Shown: positions 27,914-34,247 of the stretch, in pieces | How positions within the stretch are numbered: the first letter of the stretch is position 1 | Layout of the letters: each line of letters begins with the position of its first letter | Origin: an uncultured Oscillospiraceae bacterium | GTDB taxonomy: Bacteria; Bacillota; Clostridia; Oscillospirales; Acutalibacteraceae | DNA length: 35,992 nucleotides | Direction: 5' to 3' | NCBI GenBank assembly: GCA_902388225.1 | Contig: CABMOR010000001.1 | Location: forward strand, 1-35,992 | Notes under the pieces: model-generated | The model's input: the letters and a program-made list of their open reading frames with translations, nothing else | What the model was told of the DNA's origin: nothing | Database searches by the model: none | Position numbers and translations under genes: made by a program

Positions 27914-28782
27914 TGCTTCTCCTTCCTCCCTTTAAGAAAGAAATTGAGTGTTGCGTTTATGAGCATTATAAAGAGGAAAAGAACCAAAGCTATGGAAAAC
28001 AGGGCCTGCCGCTGAAGCCCCGAGGCATATGACATTTCGCTTGCCACGGCGGTAGTGAGAAATCTCACGCTTTCAAAAAGGGACGGCATATTCGGCGCAT
28101 TTCCCGACACCATTATGACCGCCATAGCTTCTCCTATGGCACGGCCCACTCCAAGCACCACTGCGGCGGTTATTCCGCTTTTGGCCGCCGGCACCGACAC
28201 CCGAAAATAGGTTTCAACCGGTGTGGCGCCAAGGGAAAGAGAGGCCTCCTCATACTCCTTCGGCACCGCCTCAAGAGCGTTGAGAGAGACCTTGATTATG
28301 GACGGAAGCACCATAACCGCAAGCACAACTATGGCTGCAAGCAGGCTTGCTCCGTCGGCCACGCCGAAAATATTTCTTATGGCCGGAACAAGCACAAGCA
28401 TACCCACAAGTCCATATACCACCGAGGGAATCCCGGCCAGCAGTCCCACGGCCGATTCCACAACCCTTCTAATCCCTTTCGGGGCAACCTTGGCAAGAAA
28501 AACCGCCGTAAAAAAACCTATGGGGGTGCCAATCAGCACCGCTCCCGCCGTACCGTAAACGCTGGTCAGAATAAAGGGAAGTATGCCGTATTTGGGATCG
28601 GAGGCCGTCGACTGCCACTCTTTTCCGAACATAAAATTAAGGAGACCGATTTTTCTTATGGCGGGAATTCCCGACACAATAAGATAAACGCTGATGAGCA
28701 GTACGGCCGCCACAGCCGCCAGGCCCAATATGAGAAAAATACCGTGAACGGCATTTTCAAAAAGCTTTTGCCTGTTTTTCAT
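27910..28782 (-). CDS. pstC: Phosphate ABC transporter permease PstC
   Basis: 290-aa polytopic protein with EAA loop EEASLSLGATPVETYFRVSVP. Confidence 0.9.
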   Translation of the reverse strand: MKNRQKLFENAVHGIFLILGLAAVAAVLLISVYLIVSGIPAIRKIGLLNFMFGKEWQSTASDPKYGILPFILTSVYGTAGAVLIGTPIGFFTAVFLAKVAPKGIRRVVESAVGLLAGIPSVVYGLVGMLVLVPAIRNIFGVADGASLLAAIVVLAVMVLPSIIKVSLNALEAVPKEYEEASLSLGATPVETYFRVSVPAAKSGITAAVVLGVGRAIGEAMAVIMVSGNAPNMPSLFESVRFLTTAVASEMSYASGLQRQALFSIALVLFLFIMLINATLNFFLKGRKEKQ

Positions 28783-28848
28783 TTTTTCACCCTTTAAAGC
28801 GCAGGAGCAAAGCCCAAATCGGCTCCGCTCCTGCCGTATTTTTCGGTT

Positions 28849-29706
28849 TTATTTTACGGGGATGGCACCTGCCGAGGCAATTATCTCGTTTGCCTTCTCG
28901 GAGGTGGCATAATCGAAGAAGGCCTGTGCTGCGTCGGACAGAGCCACGTCGGTTTTAGTAACCAACACAAAGGGGCGCTGAATTTTATAGCTGCCGTTTT
29001 TAACCGTCTCTTCGGTGGGGGTCACTCCGTCCACATCGACTGCCTTTACGGTGTTCTTGACCGAGGCAAGGGAGGCATATCCTATGGCGTCGGGATTTTG
29101 AGCCACTGTGGTGATTACATCACCGGTGGAGGTCAGTTCCTGACGGTATTTGCATTTTTCGGCAGTTTTTGTGATGGATTCAAAACCGTCTCTTGTACCG
29201 CTTCCGGCCTCTCTTCCGATAACAACAATTTCGGCGTCCTTTCCGCCCACATCCTTCCAGTTGGTGATCTCGCCGGTGTAAATGGAGGCAATCTGTTCAA
29301 CCGTCAGGTTGGAAATTTCATTTGAAGGATTGACTATCATGGCGATACCGTCAAGAGCAAGGGTGGTTTCTTTAAGTCCCTTTGCCTTTTCCTCGTCTTT
29401 AAGGGCACGGCTGGAAAGTCCGATGTCACAGCGTCCTTCGCTTATGGCGGTAATTCCGGTGCCCGATCCGGTGGGGTTATAGGTAAAATTTACTCCGCTG
29501 TTTTGAGAGGTAAAGGCCTCGCCCAAAGCGCCGATAACCTTTGCCATGGATGTGGAGCCGTCGGTAGCTACCGTTCCCGAAAGGGCGGTCTTGGAGGCGG
29601 TACCGTCAACCTTGCTCTGAGCATCGTCGGCCGAATTTGCGCATCCGGCAAAGGACATGGCCACAACAGCCGCTAAAATCACTCCGATAATTTTGTTCTT
29701 TTTCAT
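28849..29706 (-). CDS. pstS: Phosphate-binding lipoprotein PstS
   Basis: Lipobox MSFAG-C-ANS. Contains GSTSM, NPTGSGTG and REAGSGTRD, which are PstS/PBP-type phosphate-binding motifs. Confidence 0.9.
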   Translation of the reverse strand: MKKNKIIGVILAAVVAMSFAGCANSADDAQSKVDGTASKTALSGTVATDGSTSMAKVIGALGEAFTSQNSGVNFTYNPTGSGTGITAISEGRCDIGLSSRALKDEEKAKGLKETTLALDGIAMIVNPSNEISNLTVEQIASIYTGEITNWKDVGGKDAEIVVIGREAGSGTRDGFESITKTAEKCKYRQELTSTGDVITTVAQNPDAIGYASLASVKNTVKAVDVDGVTPTEETVKNGSYKIQRPFVLVTKTDVALSDAAQAFFDYATSEKANEIIASAGAIPVK

Positions 29707-29750
29707 TTTTACTTTCTCCTTAAATGTAATTTTTTCTTGTGCACATCTAC

Positions 29751-29796
29751 ATCATATTCCTTTTGTGTAAAATCCAAAATCCTAAAATTGTAAAGA
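29751..29796 (-). promoter_or_regulatory. Putative pst promoter with PhoP-box-like TTTACA repeats
   Basis: The minus strand reads cTTTACAattTTAGGAttttggatTTTACAcaaaaggaaTATGAT. Hexamers recur at a period of about 11 bp upstream of a TATGAT -10 element. Confidence 0.3.
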
Positions 29797-29799
29797 AAA

Positions 29800-29836
29800 G
29801 GTAAAAGAAAAAGACCTTTCAAAAGAAAGGTCTTTA
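29800..29836 (-). terminator. Rho-independent terminator after alaS
   Basis: The minus strand reads AAGACCTTTC tttt GAAAGGTCTT followed by TTTCTTTT. Confidence 0.75.
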
Positions 29837-29847
29837 AGACACAAAAT

Positions 29848-32382
29848 TCAGACAAGCTGTGCCGTTAGGGTATCGGCCGCAGAGGCCAACGCCGCTTCTA
29901 TCTTTGCAAGGTCCTTACCGCCGGCCATGGCGCTGTCGGGGCGTCCGCCGCCGTTTCCTCCGGCAATCTGAGCCGCCGCCTTAACAATATTTCCGGCATG
30001 AGGCTTGTCCTTAATTCGGTCGGCGGCCGAGCGCAGAGCGTCAGGCTCGTCCACATTAAGCTTTCCGGTCACAAGGCTTATGCCCTTTATTTCAACCGCT
30101 TGGGAGATGAGCCGGTCAAGCTGACCTCCCGCAAGCTTTGCCTCAAGGCTTTCAATCATTCTGTCCTTTTCTTTAAGCTCGGCAGTAACCGCCTTTGCCT
30201 TTTCGGTCAGGTCGTTTAAGCTTGTCTTGAGAGCCGATGCGGTATTCCTGATGGTGGCTTCATATTCATCCATAAGCTCGAGCACCTTGCTGCCGGTGAC
30301 CGCCTCGATACGGCGAACTCCCGCCGCAACCGAAGTTTCGGAAACTATTCGGAAAAGTCCGATTTTTGCGGTATTTGAAACATGGGTTCCTCCGCAAAGC
30401 TCGGTTGAAAAGTCTCCCGCCCTTACAACACGGACAACATCTCCGTATTTTTCGCCAAAGAGGGCCATTGCACCCATTTTCTTGGCCTCGTCAATGGGCA
30501 TTTCCTTTATAACAACATCCTGTCCACGAAGAATTTCCGTGTTTACAAGGGTCTCAACCTCTTTAATCTCCTCGGGAGTCAAAGCCGAAAAATGGGTAAA
30601 ATCGAAGCGCATACGCTCGCCGTTTACAAGCTGTCCCGCCTGCTCCACATGGGTACCGAGCACCTTGCGCAGAGCGGCCTGCATAAGATGGGCAGAGGTG
30701 TGGTTTCTCATGGTGGACTCTCGGATTTCACCGCAAACCTCGGCCGTGACATTATCCGAAAGCTCAAAGGTTCCCCTTTCCACCTTGCCTATATGAAGGA
30801 TAACTCCCTGGGCGTTCTTTGCGGTTGTTTCGACACGGAATATTCCTCCGCGCCCGTTTGTCAGCCTGCCGCAGTCGCCTGCCTGACCGCCGCTTTCTCC
30901 GTAAAACGGTGTTTTATTCAGTATAATAACAGCGTTCTCTCCCTCGGTGGCAAGGGCAGACTTTTCGCCCCCGTTTACAATGACCTCTATCCTTCCGTCA
31001 CAATTCAGGGTGTCGTATCCAACGAACTCGGTCTTTTCGACATCAAGCTGCACTCCGCCGTCGTCCCATGCCTCGGCTCCGGCATTTTTACGGGCGTCTC
31101 TGGCACGCTGTTTTTGCTCCTCCATGAGCTCTTCAAAGCTCTGCTCGTCAACCGTCATTCCCTTTTCCTCGAGAATATCCTTGGTCAAATCAAGTGGGAA
31201 TCCGTAGGTATCATAAAGCTTAAAAGCGTCGGCTCCGGAAATTTCCTTGGCCTTGGAGGTTTGGGTAAGCTCATTAAGCAGCTGCATACCCTTGTCAATG
31301 GTGCGTCCGAAGCTCTCCTCCTCTTCCCTTACCACCCGGATAATAAGGTCTTTTTTCTCGGCAAGCTCGGGATATGCCTTGTTTTCCTCAATAACAGTAG
31401 AAACCACCTCCGAAAGGAAGGGTCGGTCAATGCCGAGCAGACGGCCGTGTCTTGCAGCACGGCGGATAAGCCGGCGCAAAACATATCCTCTACCCTCGTT
31501 CGAAGGCATAACTCCGTCCCCGATCATCATGGTTGTCGAACGGATGTGGTCGGTTATAACACGGAGAGAAACATCGGTTTTGGCGTCCTGCTTATATGTG
31601 ACTCCGGCAATTCCGCTTATGTGCTTCATAATTTTCTGCACCGTATCGACCTCGAAAAGGTTATCCACCCCCTGCATAACGCAGGCCAGGCGTTCGAGAC
31701 CCATTCCGGTATCAATATTGGGATGATCAAGAGGGGTATAATTTCCCTTGCCGTCGGAATCAAACTGGGTGAACACAAGGTTCCAAACCTCTATATACCG
31801 GTCGCAGTCACAGCCCACGGCGCAGGTGGGCTTTCCGCAGGAATACTTTTCTCCTCGGTCAAAATGTATTTCCGAACATGGTCCGCAGGGACCCGATCCG
31901 TGCTCCCAGAAATTATCTTCCTTGCCAAGTCTGACAATGCGGTCAGGTGAAACCCCTACCTCCTTGGTCCAAATGTCGAAAGCCTCGTCGTCGTCAAGAT
32001 AAATGGTGACCCAAAGCTTGTCCTCGGGTATTTCAAGCACCTTGGTGAAGAATTCCCATGCCCAGGCCGTGGCCTCGTGCTTAAAGTAATCACCGAAGGA
32101 AAAATTACCAAGCATTTCAAAATAGGTTCCGTGGCGGGCGGTCTTTCCCACACACTCGATGTCGGGCGTACGAATACATTTTTGGCATGTAGTCACCCTT
32201 TTTCTCGGAGGGGTAATCTCGCCGGTAAAATATTTCTTCATGGGAGCCATACCCGAATTTATAAGTAAAAGAGAGTTGTCGTTCTGGGGAATAAGCGGGA
32301 AGCTGGGAAGCCTTAAATGCCCCTTGCTTTCAAAAAAGCTGAGATATTTTTCCCGCAGTTCGTTTAGTCCTGTCCATTCCAT
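29848..32382 (-). CDS. alaS: Alanine--tRNA ligase (844 aa; C-terminal domain shortened)
   Basis: MEWTGLNELREKYLSFFESKGHLRLPSFPLIP..., editing-site motifs HTSAHLMQAAL and CGGTHV, C-terminal GGNGGGRPDSAMAGG. It is about 30 aa shorter than typical bacterial AlaRS of 872-880 aa (lengths from memory). Confidence 0.95.
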   Translation of the reverse strand: MEWTGLNELREKYLSFFESKGHLRLPSFPLIPQNDNSLLLINSGMAPMKKYFTGEITPPRKRVTTCQKCIRTPDIECVGKTARHGTYFEMLGNFSFGDYFKHEATAWAWEFFTKVLEIPEDKLWVTIYLDDDEAFDIWTKEVGVSPDRIVRLGKEDNFWEHGSGPCGPCSEIHFDRGEKYSCGKPTCAVGCDCDRYIEVWNLVFTQFDSDGKGNYTPLDHPNIDTGMGLERLACVMQGVDNLFEVDTVQKIMKHISGIAGVTYKQDAKTDVSLRVITDHIRSTTMMIGDGVMPSNEGRGYVLRRLIRRAARHGRLLGIDRPFLSEVVSTVIEENKAYPELAEKKDLIIRVVREEEESFGRTIDKGMQLLNELTQTSKAKEISGADAFKLYDTYGFPLDLTKDILEEKGMTVDEQSFEELMEEQKQRARDARKNAGAEAWDDGGVQLDVEKTEFVGYDTLNCDGRIEVIVNGGEKSALATEGENAVIILNKTPFYGESGGQAGDCGRLTNGRGGIFRVETTAKNAQGVILHIGKVERGTFELSDNVTAEVCGEIRESTMRNHTSAHLMQAALRKVLGTHVEQAGQLVNGERMRFDFTHFSALTPEEIKEVETLVNTEILRGQDVVIKEMPIDEAKKMGAMALFGEKYGDVVRVVRAGDFSTELCGGTHVSNTAKIGLFRIVSETSVAAGVRRIEAVTGSKVLELMDEYEATIRNTASALKTSLNDLTEKAKAVTAELKEKDRMIESLEAKLAGGQLDRLISQAVEIKGISLVTGKLNVDEPDALRSAADRIKDKPHAGNIVKAAAQIAGGNGGGRPDSAMAGGKDLAKIEAALASAADTLTAQLV

Positions 32383-32415
32383 GTTTTTAACCTCTATTCA
32401 AAAGCATATATAGTG

Positions 32416-32444
32416 ATTATACTAACAAATATACTCTTTGTCAA
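32416..32444 (-). promoter_or_regulatory. Consensus sigma-A promoter of alaS
   Basis: The minus strand reads TTGACA (32444-32439), 17-nt spacer, TATAAT (32421-32416). The leader to the ATG is only about 27 nt. Confidence 0.6.
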
Positions 32445-32484
32445 CAAAAAAAGCCGCATTGCGAACCTGTCAAGTCCGCACGGC
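32445..32484 (-). terminator. Orphan terminator-like hairpin plus T8 immediately upstream of the alaS promoter
   Basis: The minus strand reads GCCGTGCG (13-nt loop) CGCAatgCGGC followed by TTTTTTTT. No minus-strand gene lies upstream of it. Confidence 0.35.
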
Positions 32485-32501
32485 CCCACGCCAATTTAAT
32501 A

Positions 32502-32529
32502 TTGACTTTTTTCTGAAAACTGATATAAT
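32502..32529 (+). promoter_or_regulatory. Near-consensus extended -10 promoter directed toward the tRNA-Pro region
   Basis: TTGACT (32502-32507), 16-nt spacer ending in TGa, TATAAT (32524-32529). Confidence 0.55.
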
Positions 32530-32670
32530 GTTCTAGTCGGAAGGTCCTTCTGCAAAGCTGTTTTAAATCCCTCCAAAGGCCGTTTTCAAGTCTGCCTAAG
32601 TATTACAAGTAAAAAGCTTTTCTATAAATTTATACATAAAAAGGGCGTTTTGACCGTATAATAAAATATT

Positions 32671-32709
32671 TCGGGGTGTGGCGCAGTTGGTAGCGCGCGA
32701 CATTTGGGA
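32671..32709 (+). repeat. Truncated copy of the tRNA-Pro 5' half (acceptor arm through anticodon loop)
   Basis: The 39 nt TCGGGGTGTGGCGCAGTTGGTAGCGCGCGACATTTGGGA are identical to 32861-32899. Identity ends exactly after the anticodon loop. Confidence 0.95.
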
Positions 32710-32861
32710 GCATAGACGGCATTCGCACCGTATGACAACAAAAACCGCCGAAAACCCTTCAACCGTGCGGATTTCGGTCGGTTCGGAAAATGAAAAAAAG
32801 CGGTCAAAAATGTGTTTGACCACATATTTGACCACCTACAAGACCACAATTAAATAACTAT

Positions 32862-32937
32862 CGGGGTGTGGCGCAGTTGGTAGCGCGCGACATTTGGGAT
32901 GTCGATGCCGCAGGTTCGAACCCTGTCACTCCGACCA
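32862..32937 (+). tRNA. tRNA-Pro (anticodon UGG)
   Basis: Manual cloverleaf: acceptor CGGGGTG/CACTCCG, D arm GCGC-AGTTGGTA-GCGC, anticodon arm CGACA-TTTGGGA-TGTCG, T arm GCAGG-TTCGAAC-CCTGT, discriminator A plus encoded CCA. Confidence 0.93.
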
Positions 32938-32942
32938 ACTTT

Positions 32943-32985
32943 CCGGCTGATTTAATATACAATGTTAAATCAGCCGGGCTTTTTT
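32943..32985 (+). terminator. Rho-independent terminator after tRNA-Pro
   Basis: CCGGCTGATTTAA (9-nt loop) TTAAATCAGCCGG followed by GCTTTTTT. Confidence 0.8.
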
Positions 32986-33054
32986 AGGCTTGATTTAGAT
33001 TAGATTTCTTTTCCGTTGTGTGCTATAATTGGAAGTTGTAAAGGAGGGAATTTT

Positions 33055-33597
33055 ATGAAACGCTTGGTTATATATGTACATGGCAAAGGCGGCAGTGCAG
33101 AGGAAGCGAAGCATTGGGAAGCAAAAAGCGAGTTCTCGCTGTTTTTTGATTTGCACAGCAAGGGATATGATTCTGTTATTTTGATTGCAAACAGCATAGG
33201 GGCTTTTTTATCCATGTATACGCTTGCTGAAAAGAAAATTTCGCAAGCCCTGTTTATTTCGCCCATTGTAAATATGGAAAAACTGATTACGGATATGATG
33301 GTGTGGTCAAATGTGACAGAGGATGAACTGCAAAGCAAAAAAGAGATTCCTACGTCGTTTGGGGAAACTTTATCTTGGGCGTATTTGTGCTATGTGCGAA
33401 AACATCCGATTGTATGGAGTATTCCCACCTGTATTTTATACGGTGAAAAAGATAATTTAACTTCCATAGATACTATATCCGAATTTACCAATCAAATTGG
33501 CGCAACGCTCACTGTAATGGAGGATGGAGAACACTGGTTCCATACAGATACACAAATGAAGGTTGTTGACAACTGGATTAGTAATTCAATCCGATAA
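33055..33597 (+). CDS. Small alpha/beta hydrolase-fold protein (180 aa)
   Basis: ATG 33055 lies after AAGGAGGG, with a TGcTATAAT extended -10 at 33021-33029. Contains VIYVHGKGGS, nucleophile-elbow-like LIANSIGAF and C-terminal GEHWFH. GC content is lower than the flanks. Confidence 0.7.
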   Translation: MKRLVIYVHGKGGSAEEAKHWEAKSEFSLFFDLHSKGYDSVILIANSIGAFLSMYTLAEKKISQALFISPIVNMEKLITDMMVWSNVTEDELQSKKEIPTSFGETLSWAYLCYVRKHPIVWSIPTCILYGEKDNLTSIDTISEFTNQIGATLTVMEDGEHWFHTDTQMKVVDNWISNSIR

Positions 33598-33634
33598 ATT
33601 ACCACTTTTCTTTGTCTACAGCACCGTAAATTTT

Positions 33635-33662
33635 GACAGGGTGACTTTTTCGGTCACCCTGT
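33635..33662. terminator. Bidirectional stem-loop between the hydrolase gene and the integrase remnant
   Basis: GACAGGGTGAC tttttcg GTCACCCTGTC with T-rich flanks. It overlaps the restored integrase stop codon (33654-33656). Confidence 0.6.
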
Positions 33663-34135
33663 CATTTTCTCTTTTTCCGCCTTGATTTGTGCCTTGACCT
33701 TTGCAATCATTTCCGCGAGCTTTTCTTCACATTCTTCGCGCGTTTTCGCATAGATTTCGCATAGATATTGTGGCTTTCCCGCTTTTCGTAGGCGTTGGTC
33801 GGCATGTACCGTCCCTCATAGAGGTGGTCGTTTATCATGGTGACACAACCCGTCCCGGGCCCCCGTACTTTGGGCTTGTACGGCGTAAATTCAACCGGGG
33901 CGGTATCTTTCCTTTCCTCACGCTTTTCTGTCGGCATACGGGCGTCTGTACCGCCGATTTTGCGGTCGATATGCACCGCCGCCTGCCTTTGCATGGTATC
34001 GGTGATATGGCTGTAAATATCCACTGTGAAGCTTGCATTAGTATGTCCAAGAATTCCCGACAGCGTTTTAGCATCTACGCCGCTGGTGAGAGCATGGGTA
34101 GCGAAGGTATGCCGTAGATCATGTGGATGTGTCAA
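33654..34135 (-). pseudogene. Tyrosine recombinase/integrase remnant: 5'-truncated and frameshifted by an 11-bp duplication
   Basis: The catalytic C-terminal motifs [12 protein letters not shown]...[15 protein letters not shown] (R-H-x-x-R...H...Y) begin abruptly at 34135. No N-terminal or core-binding domain lies upstream. Removing one 11-bp unit extends the frame to ...[34 protein letters not shown], ending at 33654. Confidence 0.8.
33744..33765 (-). repeat. Exact 11-bp tandem duplication (plus strand TTTCGCATAGA x2)
   Basis: Read directly from the sequence: 33744-33754 equals 33755-33765. Confidence 0.95.
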
Positions 34136-34247
34136 GTATAGGACAAAAAAAATTTTATTTTTTTCTGCCGAAGACTATCTGACGCTTCCATCAGGTAGTC
34201 CCAGCACCTTTATTATCTTTTGATAAGTCATTCTTGTCCTGCTCAAG

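Noticed and set aside
30592-31950. 452-aa plus-strand ORF
   Set aside because: It is antisense to alaS and is a shadow ORF with no motifs.
32445-32700. T-box leader for alaS
   Set aside because: AAATTGGCGTGGGGCCGTGCGG next to the hairpin loosely resembles a T-box. However, I could find no stem I, specifier loop, AG bulge or GNUGG-type distal motifs. A consensus promoter also sits between the hairpin and the gene.
32732-32857. 41-codon ORF (MTTKTAENPSTVRISVGSENEKKRSKMCLTTYLTTYKTTIK) inside the tRNA insert
   Set aside because: It has no RBS and low-complexity Thr/Lys content, and it is explained by the GACCAC repeats. It is probably non-coding.
32671-32937. Group I intron or split tRNA-Pro gene
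   Set aside because: The downstream copy is a complete, foldable tRNA rather than a 3' half. The 152-bp insert is too short and shows no P-helix-like structure.
33701-34117. 138-aa plus-strand ORF
   Set aside because: It is antisense to the tyrosine recombinase remnant, whose frame carries the R-H-R-H-Y catalytic motifs.
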